Of a stretch of 64,000 nucleotides of DNA, positions 1 through 10,210 are shown in pieces. This DNA is from Gammaproteobacteria bacterium (GTDB lineage Bacteria; Pseudomonadota; Gammaproteobacteria; Ga0077536), in contig CAXXLL010000003.1 of NCBI GenBank assembly GCA_963662545.2, positions 1,056,001-1,120,000 of the forward strand, given 5' to 3'. Every line of letters begins with the position of its first letter. Position 1 is the first letter of the stretch. Below the pieces are notes generated by a model, which was given only the letters and a program-made list of their open reading frames with translations, was not told the DNA's origin and did no database searches. A program made the translations under genes and the position numbers.

Positions 1-490
1 CTTCGCGCAGCATTTTTCGAAAGCGTTGGCGTGTCTCGGATTCGTTCGCCGGCTGATTATCGCCGAAAGTCCTGGGGCCTGGCAGTAGTGCGTCGAGGAT
101 TCGCTCCTCGGCGGTGTCTTCGGCCTGTGTCTCGACCTGGGACATCGCCTCTTCGCGCTCCATATTGACCGCGACGTCGGCCAAATCGCGCACGATCGAT
201 TCCACATCGCGCCCGACGTACCCCACTTCCGTAAATTTAGTCGCTTCGACCTTGATGAAGGGAGCGCCCGCGAGGCGGGCCAGGCGTCTCGCGATCTCTG
301 TTTTTCCGACGCCAGTCGGCCCAATCATCAAGATATTCTTGGGCGTTATCTCATTGCGCAGTTCGGGCTCGACCTGGGAACGCCGCCAGCGATTACGAAG
401 CGCAATGGCCACGGCGCGTTTCGCATCGTCCTGGCCGATGATGTGCTTGTCGAGTTGTTCGACGATTTCCAGTGGTGTCATCGCTCTCAT
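1..490 (-). CDS. hslU: ATP-dependent protease ATPase subunit HslU (5' part; runs off the window edge)
   Basis: Minus strand reads [37 protein letters not shown]...[20 protein letters not shown]; directly downstream of hslV. Confidence 0.96.
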   Translation of the reverse strand, partial: MRAMTPLEIVEQLDKHIIGQDDAKRAVAIALRNRWRRSQVEPELRNEITPKNILMIGPTGVGKTEIARRLARLAGAPFIKVEATKFTEVGYVGRDVESIVRDLADVAVNMEREEAMSQVETQAEDTAEERILDALLPGPRTFGDNQPANESETRQRFRKMLRE

Positions 491-500
491 CGGCGCGCGC

Positions 501-1040
501 TCACTCCTCATCGTGCAGCACTTCTATGCTTACGTTTGCGTTGGTGTAGACGCAGATTTCCCCGGCAATCGCTAGCGATCGGCGCACTATCTCTTCGGGA
601 TCCATCTCGGTTTCTTCGAGCAACGCGCGAGCAGCCGCTCTTGCGTAGGCGCCACCCGAGCCAATTCCAATAACGTCATGCTCTGGTTCTATTACATCCC
701 CGGTCCCCGAAATTATCAGTGAGTGATCCCGATTTGCAACGGCGAGCATCGCTTCGAGGCGGCGCAATATTCGATCGGTTCGCCAATCCTTTGCCAACTC
801 GACTGCAGCCCGAAGCAGATTACCGCGATGCTCTTCGAGTTTCGCCTCGAACCGCTCGAACAGGGTAAATGCGTCCGCAGTGCCGCCAGCAAAACCGGCG
901 ATTACCTCGTCCTGATGAAGGCGGCGAACCTTGCGCGCGTTTCCCTTGAGGATCGTTTCCCCAAAGGATACTTGGCCGTCGCCTCCGATGACGACGTTGC
1001 GTCCCCGGCGAACCGAGAGAATGGTGGTACCTTCAAACAC
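501..1040 (-). CDS. hslV: HslV protease subunit
   Basis: TTILSVRR N-terminus (catalytic Thr), [26 protein letters not shown] motifs. Confidence 0.97.
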   Translation of the reverse strand: MFEGTTILSVRRGRNVVIGGDGQVSFGETILKGNARKVRRLHQDEVIAGFAGGTADAFTLFERFEAKLEEHRGNLLRAAVELAKDWRTDRILRRLEAMLAVANRDHSLIISGTGDVIEPEHDVIGIGSGGAYARAAARALLEETEMDPEEIVRRSLAIAGEICVYTNANVSIEVLHDEE

Positions 1041-1106
1041 GCCGGATACTTCGTTGAGAAGCGCGGATTGTACACGATGGGCGCGCCCGCGGTTGCTAGC
1101 AGCCTG

Positions 1107-2024
1107 TCAATAATTCCTGCGTCGCCTGGCTCGAGGATGTGCTTGATCGTAAACCTTGGCGAGGTGTTGAAAATCCATGTGGGTATAGATCTGAGTCGTG
1201 CTGATGTTCGAATGGCCCAGCAATTCCTGAACCGCACGCAGATCTCCCGATGACTCAAGCAGATGACTCGCGAAGGAATGTCTCAGCATATGCGGATAAA
1301 CGCGGGTATTGAGGCCGTGTTTAAGCGCCCAGTTGCGCAATCGTTTCTGCACGGTTCGCGCCGAAAGGCGCCCTCCGCCGCGGCTGACGAAAACCGCCGG
1401 CTCATCACCACGAACCAGGCTTGCGCGAAGTGCGAACCATTGTTCGAGAAGTTCACGAGCATGGCGCCCTATCGGTGCGATACGTACCTTTCGCCCCTTA
1501 CCCATCACCCTCACTTCCCCGTTAGCCATGTCGAGATCGGCCACATTCATACCGACGAGTTCGGAGACTCGAAGTCCGCAGGAATAAAGTGTCTCCCACA
1601 TCGCGCGATCGCGCAGTTCAAGCGGTGTTTCCGGCGTCTGTTCGAGCAGGGTAATCATCTGGTCGACGTCGAGCGCACGCGGAAGGCGTCGAGTTGATTT
1701 CGGCGCGCGGATCGATTGCGCCGGATTAGACCCGATCAAACCCCGTAAGGTAAGGAACTTGAAATAAGACCTGAACGCCGACAGCGAACGAGCGAGCGAA
1801 GGACCCTGGACGCCGTCGTGATGGCGCATCGCGACGTAATGACGGATGCAGTGTGAATCCACCGCCGCCCACTCCGTAATCCCCACCGACCGGCAGTGCC
1901 GGCTGAACTGGAGCAAATCGCGCCGATAGGCCTTGACCGTGTTCGCGGAGCGTCCATTAATGGTCGCGAGGTAGGCCTCGATCAACTCATCCAGCGCCGC
2001 ATCGCTGCCACTGCTCATGGCCAT
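1107..2024 (-). CDS. xerC: Tyrosine recombinase XerC
   Basis: RDRAMWETLYSCGLRVSEL, HMLRHSFASH, LGHSNISTTQIY motifs; dapF-DUF484-xerC-hslVU order. Confidence 0.93.
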   Translation of the reverse strand: MAMSSGSDAALDELIEAYLATINGRSANTVKAYRRDLLQFSRHCRSVGITEWAAVDSHCIRHYVAMRHHDGVQGPSLARSLSAFRSYFKFLTLRGLIGSNPAQSIRAPKSTRRLPRALDVDQMITLLEQTPETPLELRDRAMWETLYSCGLRVSELVGMNVADLDMANGEVRVMGKGRKVRIAPIGRHARELLEQWFALRASLVRGDEPAVFVSRGGGRLSARTVQKRLRNWALKHGLNTRVYPHMLRHSFASHLLESSGDLRAVQELLGHSNISTTQIYTHMDFQHLAKVYDQAHPRARRRRNY

Positions 2025-2035
2025 TGGAACGCCGT

Positions 2036-2752
2036 TTAGCCCGGTTTGGGACGCTTTACCCAGGGATCGAGAACCAAGGTTACAACGTCGCTCAAATAAG
2101 TAAGAAATTCAGTTCCCATGTCGGCCTCGTAGCGATCGGTATCATTACTGTTGACGATCAGGACACCATCCCATCCGTTGCCGTTCAGCGGCATCACAAC
2201 CGCGGAGCCGTCGCGTTCCTCACCTCCGAAAAGCACCAATCGCTGTTCGGCTGATAATGGTCCGCAAACAGTGCGCGCAGATTCGATAACGCCTGCAAAT
2301 GCCGCCCGCGTTGTTGAACTCGTGCCGACGAATTCGGACACTTCACCGCTGTCGATGAATGCCGGTTCGGCAAAAATATAGCTGAAAACCTTGTCGGCGG
2401 AAAAATCGTTCGCTAAACACCGCTCGAGGCTGGAAAAAATGGCTTGAGGTCCAACCGCATTCATGAGTGTCAGCACCAGATCGTGTATCTTGCGATTGAG
2501 TGTTTCATTTTCTCGCGCGAGCGAAACCAACTCCTGCAGGCGGGTTTTGACTTCCGTATTCTCTGTTCGCAGCAATACGACTTGCCGTTCCAACAAAGAT
2601 ACCGCGTCCCCGCTGCCGTGAGAAATGGACAGGTCGCGCAAAAGATCAGGGTGCTTGTCGAGGAATGTCGGGTCACTCCGTAGGAATTTTGCGACCTCTT
2701 CTTCATCCAATCTGGATTCTTCAGGAGACCCTGAAGATGTCACTGACGTCAT
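2036..2752 (-). CDS. DUF484 (YigA-like) protein
   Basis: AVSLLERQV..LR motif and MGTEFL C-terminal motif; ATGA overlap with the dapF stop supports the start at 2752. Confidence 0.88.
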   Translation of the reverse strand: MTSVTSSGSPEESRLDEEEVAKFLRSDPTFLDKHPDLLRDLSISHGSGDAVSLLERQVVLLRTENTEVKTRLQELVSLARENETLNRKIHDLVLTLMNAVGPQAIFSSLERCLANDFSADKVFSYIFAEPAFIDSGEVSEFVGTSSTTRAAFAGVIESARTVCGPLSAEQRLVLFGGEERDGSAVVMPLNGNGWDGVLIVNSNDTDRYEADMGTEFLTYLSDVVTLVLDPWVKRPKPG

Positions 2753-3582
2753 AGTTCTATCGTCCCCTCGTAAACGAATGTCGCCGGACCGGTCATCCAC
2801 ATCGAATGCCGTGGATCACCGTCCCAGTCAATTTCCAAACTGCCACCCGCGAGTTCAACAGTCACTTCATCGTCCACCAGGTCCCATCTTCGGCCGATTG
2901 CAACTGCCGCGCAAGCACCGGTGCCGCACGCACGCGTCTCCCCCACTCCGCGTTCGTAAACACGTAACTTCATCGATTGACGATTCAGTATCTGCATAAA
3001 CCCCACGTTCACGCGCCGTGGGAATTGGTTGCAATGTTGGAAGCGTTCACCGATCGGGGTTACGCGCGCATCTGTAACCGCTTCGACCTGGATTACGGCG
3101 TGCGGATTACCCAGAGAAACGGCTCCGAACTCAATCGTTTCTCCGTCGAGTTCGAGTTGATAACGCGCCTGCAGATCGATGGCGTTCATCGGAATCTCGC
3201 TCGGAGAAAACCGAGGCCGGCCCATATCTGCCCGAATCTGGCCATCGGGTTCGAAGTTCAAGTGCACGACAGCCTTGTCGATTTCTAAATCGATGCCATC
3301 GGACGCGACCTCGCCCCGCCGTTCCATATAAAGCGCTACGCAGCGTACGCCATTGCCGCAGTGTTCGGCCATGGTGCCGTCCGCGTTGAATACGCGGTAC
3401 CTTGCGACTGCGCGCGAGGCCCCGGCCGCTTCTATGGATAGCACCTGATCACAGCCAACCCCCAGGCGCCTGTCAGCCAGCAGCGACAGGGATTCGCGGT
3501 CGAGGTCAAATGATCGATCACGCTGGTCAACCAACACGAAATCGTTACCCAATCCGTGCATTTTTACGAATGGAATTTTCAT
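2749..3582 (-). CDS. dapF: Diaminopimelate epimerase
   Basis: KMHGLGNDF, CGNG, GNPH, ERGVGETRACGTGA motifs. Confidence 0.97.
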   Translation of the reverse strand: MKIPFVKMHGLGNDFVLVDQRDRSFDLDRESLSLLADRRLGVGCDQVLSIEAAGASRAVARYRVFNADGTMAEHCGNGVRCVALYMERRGEVASDGIDLEIDKAVVHLNFEPDGQIRADMGRPRFSPSEIPMNAIDLQARYQLELDGETIEFGAVSLGNPHAVIQVEAVTDARVTPIGERFQHCNQFPRRVNVGFMQILNRQSMKLRVYERGVGETRACGTGACAAVAIGRRWDLVDDEVTVELAGGSLEIDWDGDPRHSMWMTGPATFVYEGTIEL

Positions 3583-3607
3583 ATCGGGTCATTCACCGGC
3601 GTCATCA

Positions 3608-4714
3608 TCAGGCCGCCGATATCGACGTCTCGGGACCGTCCGGCCCGGCAAGATGGATCGTTGAGGTCGGGAATGCGCACTGGGCACCATGGTCCTCGAT
3701 GATCTCGATAATTTTTAGCAGGATGTCCTGCTTGATTTCGTGAAACCGCACCCATTGAGTCGTTTTCGTATACGTGTATACGAAGAAATCCAATGAAGAC
3801 GGCGAAAACTCATTGAAGTTCACGATCAAGGTCTGATCCGAATCGATTTCCGGATGCGCCTCCAACATTGCCTTTACGTCCGCAACGACACCAGCCATCT
3901 GGCCCGCATCATCGTATCGGATTCCAATCGTCTCAACTATCCGCCGGTTGGTCATACGCGATGGATTTTCGACGACAATGTGTGTGAACAGTGCGTTTGG
4001 AACGTACAGCGGGCGCTTATCAAAGGTTCGCATTACCGTCAACCGCCAACCGATTTTCTCCACGGTGCCTTCGATGTTTCGATCCGGCGATCGCACCCAA
4101 TCTCCAACACTAAACGGCCGATCGAGGTGAATCATGAGCCCCCCGAAAAAATTGGCGAGCAAATCCTTCGCGGCGAAGCCAATGGCAATACCGCCGACTC
4201 CCCCGAATGCGAGCACCCCCGACACTTTATAGCCCAATGTCTGGAACCCCACCAACGCCGCCGTGATGATGATCGACAACCGCAGGAGTTGGGCGATCGC
4301 GTCCGCCGTGGTCTGGTCAATCTCCTCTTCGACAGCTCTCTTGTGTTTAAGATACGAAACTTCGCACCGCGTAATAAAGCGTACCAGAAACCAGGCGATC
4401 CCTCCGATGACACCGACATCGCGTAAGTAACCGACGGCGGCGAAGATAGCCGCCGCCTTTTCCGCCTGCACGATCGATATTGCATACGAAATCCCAACGA
4501 TCCAGATGACGACCCGTAATGGTGTGCGAATCGCATCCACGAAGGCATCGTCCCAATAGCTGTCGGTTCGTTGGAATTGGCCATACACGCGATCGACCGC
4601 CCGTTTTTGGATGAAGTCGATCAGCAGGGTGATAAAGACAACGATGAACACCTGGATCAGCCACGATTCCTGATGGAAATAATCCGCTATTTTGGAAATG
4701 ATCGCGTCGTTCAT
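3608..4714 (-). CDS. MscS-family mechanosensitive channel (YnaI-like)
   Basis: Several TM segments, GGVGGIAIGFAAKDLLANFFGG, DRPFSVGDW, GTVEKIGWRLT. Confidence 0.92.
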   Translation of the reverse strand: MNDAIISKIADYFHQESWLIQVFIVVFITLLIDFIQKRAVDRVYGQFQRTDSYWDDAFVDAIRTPLRVVIWIVGISYAISIVQAEKAAAIFAAVGYLRDVGVIGGIAWFLVRFITRCEVSYLKHKRAVEEEIDQTTADAIAQLLRLSIIITAALVGFQTLGYKVSGVLAFGGVGGIAIGFAAKDLLANFFGGLMIHLDRPFSVGDWVRSPDRNIEGTVEKIGWRLTVMRTFDKRPLYVPNALFTHIVVENPSRMTNRRIVETIGIRYDDAGQMAGVVADVKAMLEAHPEIDSDQTLIVNFNEFSPSSLDFFVYTYTKTTQWVRFHEIKQDILLKIIEIIEDHGAQCAFPTSTIHLAGPDGPETSISAA

Positions 4715-4736
4715 CGATAGTTTTCCGCGTTAGGTT

Positions 4737-5651
4737 TTAATATATCGCTTCGACGACGAATCCCTGCTGCTCCAGCCGGCGAAGAATGCCCCTCTCACCT
4801 GGCAAATGCATAGCGCCGACGGCGACAAATACCTTCCCCTCATCGAACAATGGCTCCAGCCGCTGCACCATTTTCCCGTTGCGTTGCCACAGAAGTTTAT
4901 CCAGGAACGCCTGCTTTTCGTCGGTCACGTACCGCAGGGAAAGGCGGGTCAGCGCCAGAAGGTCGCGCCTCTCATAATGTTGCACCATACGCTCGATATC
5001 CTCTTGAAAGTGGACATAGTGACATGCGACTTCCCGCAGCATCTCGATTTGATCATTTTCCGCGATCGATTCGAACACCGCGATCTGCTCTTCCACCGTT
5101 TCAAGACTGATCAGTTCCTTGCCGGCCGCCTGCGCCGTCATCATCAAAATCAGGTCTAACGGTATACCCTCTTTTTCGACGGGAAGACTCAAGGCCGTAA
5201 AAGCCGCCCAGGGTTTCATGGTGTTGGCAATAACCGCTGGTATGCCGTAGTTTTCGAGGTGGCCCGCGGCAAGCTCGAATAATTCCCGCCCTGCTATATC
5301 ACTCAAGCGCCGGCCGTCCAGGTAGAACATCGCCGCTTGCAGATGGAACACTACATCGGCATCGAGTAGCAATTCCATGGCGAAGCGTTCGCTTCGCTCG
5401 AGTTCGTCAGCGACGATATCCGCGATTGAAGTCACCCGTGGATCTGAAACGTGCATCGTTCCAAGCAGGAAGTTTTCGGCTTTACCAGGGCGCACGACGC
5501 GCCACAACAAGCCGCTGGGATGCTTGATGCTCCCGATTGTTATCCCAGGGGTAGTGACCAGGGGCGGGCACTCCGCCGCAAATGCCGCCCGATAGACCGC
5601 AAAGGAGACGATCAACATGAGCGTCGGCAAATATTTTACACTGGACGCCAT
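4737..5651 (-). CDS. TraB/GumN-family secreted protein
   Basis: Signal peptide from M at 5651; LLWRV..FLLGTMH, LETVEEQ, RN..M, FVAVGAMHLPGERG motifs. Confidence 0.88.
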   Translation of the reverse strand: MASSVKYLPTLMLIVSFAVYRAAFAAECPPLVTTPGITIGSIKHPSGLLWRVVRPGKAENFLLGTMHVSDPRVTSIADIVADELERSERFAMELLLDADVVFHLQAAMFYLDGRRLSDIAGRELFELAAGHLENYGIPAVIANTMKPWAAFTALSLPVEKEGIPLDLILMMTAQAAGKELISLETVEEQIAVFESIAENDQIEMLREVACHYVHFQEDIERMVQHYERRDLLALTRLSLRYVTDEKQAFLDKLLWQRNGKMVQRLEPLFDEGKVFVAVGAMHLPGERGILRRLEQQGFVVEAIY

Positions 5652-5655
5652 TCGG

Positions 5656-6717
5656 CTATCCCAAAAGATTGTCGTCACCAAGATCGAGTTCGGGACTCGG
5701 ATTCCACCTACGCACTCGATCGACGATCGATCGCCACTTTTCCGAATTGGACAATTCCTCGATGCTGGGGCTCTCGCCATGCCCGTGCATACGCATAAGC
5801 CTCACCTGCGCTAGAGGACTGTATTCGCTACCTAGTTCATCGAGGATTTCGACAACCGCCTCGCGACGATTGCAGATCAGCAAAATGTCGCATCCGGCGG
5901 AGAGTGCCGCTTGCGCGCGATCGGCGTAACACCCTCCGGCTTCGGCACCGGCCATGCTCAGGTCATCGCTGAACACTACGCCCTTAAATCGCATGTCTGC
6001 GCGTAAGACGTCTTCAATCCATATTTTCGAATATCCGGCCGCGTGTCGATCGACTTTGGGATAGAGTACGTGGGCGGTCATGATCCCCTCGATTCCCGAT
6101 TCGACCAAGCCGCGGAAGGGCACGAGATCCGCCTGTTCTATGTCATAGAAATCACGTTCGTCCACCGGAAGCTCGACATGAGAATCCGCAGAGACGCAGC
6201 CGTGCCCTGGGAAGTGCTTACCCACCGCCGCCATCCTCGCCTCACGCATGCCGGCGACATACGCTCGCGCCAGTCGGGTCACCGCATGGGGAAAGGCGTG
6301 AAACGCGCGATCGCCAATGATCGAACTATACGCCGTTCGAAGATCCAGCACCGGCGCGAAACTGAAATCGAGCCCTGCACCGCGGAGTTCTGCGGCCATG
6401 AGCCAACCGCAGTCCCTGGCCAACGCCAGGCCCCGGTCGTGATCCTTGTCATATAACTCGCCGATGGAAGCAAGCGCGGGAAGCTCCGAAAATTCAGATC
6501 GGAAACGCTGTACACGGCCGCCTTCCTGATCGACCGCGACGAGCAACCGGGGTTCGCGAAGATTGTGGACCTCAGCAGTCAATTCCCTCAGTTGTGCGGC
6601 GTTCTCGGAATTTCTCGAAAATAGGATCACGCCGCCTACGAACGGGTGACTCAGCAGTTCGCGATCCTCGGCGCTAAGGCTGGGACCGGCAATGTCGATC
6701 ATCAATGGTCCGAGCAT
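5656..6717 (-). CDS. nagZ: Beta-N-acetylhexosaminidase
   Basis: VDQEGGRVQR, KHFPGHG..SADSH, SDDLSM motifs. Confidence 0.96.
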   Translation of the reverse strand: MLGPLMIDIAGPSLSAEDRELLSHPFVGGVILFSRNSENAAQLRELTAEVHNLREPRLLVAVDQEGGRVQRFRSEFSELPALASIGELYDKDHDRGLALARDCGWLMAAELRGAGLDFSFAPVLDLRTAYSSIIGDRAFHAFPHAVTRLARAYVAGMREARMAAVGKHFPGHGCVSADSHVELPVDERDFYDIEQADLVPFRGLVESGIEGIMTAHVLYPKVDRHAAGYSKIWIEDVLRADMRFKGVVFSDDLSMAGAEAGGCYADRAQAALSAGCDILLICNRREAVVEILDELGSEYSPLAQVRLMRMHGHGESPSIEELSNSEKWRSIVDRVRRWNPSPELDLGDDNLLG

Positions 6718-6756
6718 TACCGACGCCGTCCGTTAACTCGCGTAAGCATGTTCCAA

Positions 6757-7554
6757 CTACAACCGATCGATTTGCCAGTGATCCCGCAGTCGATCACCGA
6801 TAAGACTGAGCGCGACAACCACACTCATTAGTGCGCATCCCGGCATGATGACCAGATGCGGCGCCATCAACATATAGCGCGTACCGTCGCGTATCATACT
6901 CCCCCATGATGCTGTCGGCGGCTGAATGCCCAGCCCGAGAAACGATAGCCCCGCCTCGGCGACAATGACCCCCGCAAGACCGAAAGTGATTTCCACGATG
7001 ATCGGCGCGGCGATCAATGGAAGGATATGACGCATTACGATTCGCGGGGGCGACGTGCCCAATGCGACCGCGATCGACACGTGATCGCGATGCTTGACGG
7101 ACAGAGTTTGCGCGCGGGCAAGGCGCGCAAACCCGACCCAGCCCACGACCGTAAGCGCAATAACAACATTGCCGATCCCGGGTCCGAGAATTCCTGCCAG
7201 GGCGATCGCGAGCAAGATGCCGGGGAAAGCCAGGAACACATCCATTACGCGCACGATAAGGAGGTCGATGATTCCTCCTTTCCATCCTGAATAGAGGCCC
7301 ACCGCGGTACCGATCAGGCAGGCGCACGTGACGACCGCAAATGCTATTGCGAAAGATACGCCTGCGCCGGCCGTAATACGGGTTGCCACGCTCCGCCCGA
7401 GATCATCGTGCCCCATCAACGCGATGGTTGATGGTCCGACCAATATCCCGGCCAGATCGATCTCGTCGGGATCGGACGATACGAACGGAGAAAAAGCAGC
7501 CAACGCCAGCCATGCAAGCAATATGCCCAGAGCGATGCGAATCGACAACGCCAT
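6757..7554 (-). CDS. Peptide ABC transporter permease (DppC/OppC-like)
   Basis: GHDDLGR, AFPGILLA, EAGLSFLGLG, SWGSMI motifs; TGATG coupling to the upstream permease. Confidence 0.92.
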   Translation of the reverse strand: MALSIRIALGILLAWLALAAFSPFVSSDPDEIDLAGILVGPSTIALMGHDDLGRSVATRITAGAGVSFAIAFAVVTCACLIGTAVGLYSGWKGGIIDLLIVRVMDVFLAFPGILLAIALAGILGPGIGNVVIALTVVGWVGFARLARAQTLSVKHRDHVSIAVALGTSPPRIVMRHILPLIAAPIIVEITFGLAGVIVAEAGLSFLGLGIQPPTASWGSMIRDGTRYMLMAPHLVIMPGCALMSVVVALSLIGDRLRDHWQIDRL

Positions 7555-8480
7555 CAATCGAGTTCGATTCTCGGATCGATCATCGTGTAGGCAAAATCGG
7601 TCAGCGTATTTACGAATACGTAGCTCAGGCTGATCATGAGCACGCAGCCTTGCAATACTGGGTAGTCCCGTCTGTGAATGGACTCGACGGCAAGCTGTCC
7701 CAAGCCTGGCCAACCGAATACGATTTCGGTGATCACGGCTCCACCGAGCAAGGCACCGAGTTGCAGACCGATAACGGTAATCACGGGGAGCGCGGCATTG
7801 CGGCATGCGTGGCCCACGATCACCGTGAACTCCGTGAGTCCACGCGCACGCGCTGCGGTCACGAAAGGCTCGGTGAGAACATCGGCGAGTGCTGCCCGCA
7901 CCATTCTTGCCAACAATGCCGCGAGCGAGACGCCTAGCGTGATCGCTGGTAGAACGAGGGCCGCTAAGCCGTTCGCACCGCCAATCGGCAGCCAGTTCAG
8001 TTTCACGGCGAAGACGATGATCAAAAACGGCCCGAGCACGAAATTCGGCACCGACATACCGAGAACCGCGAGTAGACTCGCTGCCGTATCCCATCCCCTG
8101 CCGGCGTTGAGTGCAGCAATCACACCCAGGGGCAGACCGATCGTGATCGCCACCATCAAAGCCGCGCCTGCAAGTAGCAGGGTCATGGCGAAGTGAGTTC
8201 CGAGTAGTTCCGAGACGGGACGCCCGGTATGAAAAGAGATTCCGAAGTCAAACCGCATAACGCCACCGACGAAACGCAGCCACTGCTCCAGTAGTGGCCG
8301 GTCAAGGCCCAGCATGGTTCGCAATTCAGCGCGGTCCGCGCTGCTGGCGTATTCGCCGAGCATCACTTCGACCGGATCACCCGGAACCAGGTGAATGAGC
8401 ACGAAAACGATAGAAGTCACACCCACTACGACGGTTACCGCCGTCGCAATACGCGTCGTGATGTTTGCACCCATCGCCAT
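7554..8480 (-). CDS. Peptide ABC transporter permease (DppB/OppB-like)
   Basis: PGDPV, GLDRPL, TAARARGL, ITEIVFGWPGLG, RDYPVLQG motifs. Confidence 0.93.
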   Translation of the reverse strand: MAMGANITTRIATAVTVVVGVTSIVFVLIHLVPGDPVEVMLGEYASSADRAELRTMLGLDRPLLEQWLRFVGGVMRFDFGISFHTGRPVSELLGTHFAMTLLLAGAALMVAITIGLPLGVIAALNAGRGWDTAASLLAVLGMSVPNFVLGPFLIIVFAVKLNWLPIGGANGLAALVLPAITLGVSLAALLARMVRAALADVLTEPFVTAARARGLTEFTVIVGHACRNAALPVITVIGLQLGALLGGAVITEIVFGWPGLGQLAVESIHRRDYPVLQGCVLMISLSYVFVNTLTDFAYTMIDPRIELD

Positions 8481-8550
8481 GTATGCTAACAGGAGATTAT
8501 GAACCTGACGCGTGCTGTGACCAAGCGAGTTCCCGTGTAAGATACTGGCC

Positions 8551-9039
8551 GTGCCACGTTTCGAATTCGAGCAAAGCCCCGATTCCGGCGACTTGGTTGA
8601 CCAAGGTACTCGTATTTTGAATCTGGTCGTCCGCGGATTCGGACTGGTGCTGCTTCTCGTTGGTATGATCGTCGCGCTCATGGTCATCACGAGCGCTTGG
8701 TCGCTATACGATGATCCTGAAAAGATCGAATCCTTCGCGCGCGCGATCGAGCACGGGTCGAACCTGGACCTAAGCTTGTCGAGCGCTAAGACCACCGGAC
8801 GCAGGCAGTTGGAATCGAGCTCGGTAGACAGCGGGCCAATACTGGAACAGACCGTCGCGCCGCGGCCTGAGTTTCGATTCTCTTATTTCATTGCGTGGCT
8901 GATTGCGATCTTGTTGTTGATGATGATCGGACGTCTTTCGATTACCGCCGTGCGCACAGGTGGAGAACTGGCGCTCTACGATGTGCAGGTCAAGAAATTA
9001 GCCCGCGCCTTGCTGGAGGAGCGCGCTCGAATTAACTGA
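8551..9039 (+). CDS. Hypothetical membrane protein with two hydrophobic segments
   Basis: Non-overlapping 162-aa ORF with two TM-like stretches around a soluble loop. Confidence 0.7.
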   Translation: MPRFEFEQSPDSGDLVDQGTRILNLVVRGFGLVLLLVGMIVALMVITSAWSLYDDPEKIESFARAIEHGSNLDLSLSSAKTTGRRQLESSSVDSGPILEQTVAPRPEFRFSYFIAWLIAILLLMMIGRLSITAVRTGGELALYDVQVKKLARALLEERARIN

Positions 9040-9050
9040 TTCCCTCCGGG

Positions 9051-10076
9051 CTAGCTGGAGTCTCCTGGGACATCTTTCGGCTCGGCCGTACCGGCGTGTC
9101 GGATCTCGGGCAAAGGCCGAGAGCAATCGGCCGCCATCGCGACCGCACGCGAGTAGAGTTCACCGTAGTAGTTCTTTGTCCCGGTGCGCATGACGGGCAT
9201 CAACCCGATCTTGTAAGACGCCTTGAGCAAACCCATGCCGTCCTTTTCGCCGTCGCCGAACATCAAGTCCATACGGATGTTGGAATTCAGGACCTGATCG
9301 TACGCGCCCCATAAGCGCGGGGTGGTAAACGGTCCGCCACCCGCCAGAACGTCGAGCACGACCTTGCCTTTGTCGGCGTGAAATCCAAGCGCGGCAAACC
9401 CATCGCCCTCGTAGTAGCTGAAGATTTTTCCGCCGCAGACTTGCGGCATCTGGTAATCGTATCGGTCGATGAAGCTGCCGCTGTACTCGGACGGCATCTG
9501 CACGCCCCGTGTTCGAACGCGTTGCATCTTGCCGTGGGCGCGTACCTCGGAAGCGACGCTCATGATCAATTCTATCTCCCCATGCGGTGCGGAAACAAAT
9601 CGTTTACCGGCTTCGATCAAATACGGACGCTCTTCGACCTGCCTGTGCCCGATAACCTCGATGGTCGGTACGACGGCGGCGCCATCCTGAATCAACACGC
9701 CTTCTTCAGCCATGGCGGAGCTCGCCACCAGCCCCGCTGCGAACATCAGTACCGGTGCGAGACGACGGCGTTCGTCACGGCACCCAAGTTGACGCCGGCG
9801 GCGCTCTTCGAGCAGCTTGAATCCATTTTTCAGGGCATAGGCTTTGAGCCGTCGAAATGCCCCGGGTTGATCGTTCCCCAAGTCTCGGCGGTGAACCAGG
9901 GTACGTACGCCCTTGATGATGCAAGGATGAATCGTCGTCGCGTATTGAAAAGGGCGCGACGCCGCAGCCCGAGAAACGGCTTTTGAAAGACTAGTGAGAA
10001 ACGAGGGCACTTGATCCGAAACGGGTGCGGGCCCGGTATCGACCAGGGCTTGCTTGAACGCGGGATTTGTCAGCAT
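9051..10076 (-). CDS. Hypothetical (possibly exported) protein; N-terminus uncertain
   Basis: Long ORF; GGAGG RBS before the ATG at 10076; internal signal-like segment RRRLAPVLMFAAGLVASSAMA-EE. Confidence 0.6.
   Translation of the reverse strand: MLTNPAFKQALVDTGPAPVSDQVPSFLTSLSKAVSRAAASRPFQYATTIHPCIIKGVRTLVHRRDLGNDQPGAFRRLKAYALKNGFKLLEERRRRQLGCRDERRRLAPVLMFAAGLVASSAMAEEGVLIQDGAAVVPTIEVIGHRQVEERPYLIEAGKRFVSAPHGEIELIMSVASEVRAHGKMQRVRTRGVQMPSEYSGSFIDRYDYQMPQVCGGKIFSYYEGDGFAALGFHADKGKVVLDVLAGGGPFTTPRLWGAYDQVLNSNIRMDLMFGDGEKDGMGLLKASYKIGLMPVMRTGTKNYYGELYSRAVAMAADCSRPLPEIRHAGTAEPKDVPGDSS
9811..9994. mobile_element. Degenerate palindromic MITE/RPE-like element
   Basis: Imperfect arms CCATTTTTCAGGGC / GCCCGAGAAACGG, central hairpin AGGGT-ACGTAC-GCCCT, ends in CTAG; size matches the intact elements in this window. 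Confidence 0.45.
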
Positions 10077-10210
10077 GGCATTTCCTCCGGCCTCGCTTGG
10101 GCCGAAACTTAAAAGTCATCCGTCGTAAGGGTATTCGGCAGGAAACCGCCAGACTTTATGACGAAGCTCACATTTTCGGGGTCCCGATGGAGCTCATAAA
10201 TGAGTCCCCG

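Noticed and set aside
1107-2024. Tyrosine recombinase as a prophage or island integrase
   Set aside because: dapF-DUF484-xerC-hslVU context indicates housekeeping XerC
6757-8795. Long N-terminal extensions on the two permease ORFs
   Set aside because: They overlap neighbouring genes; coupled starts at 7554 and 8480 fit better
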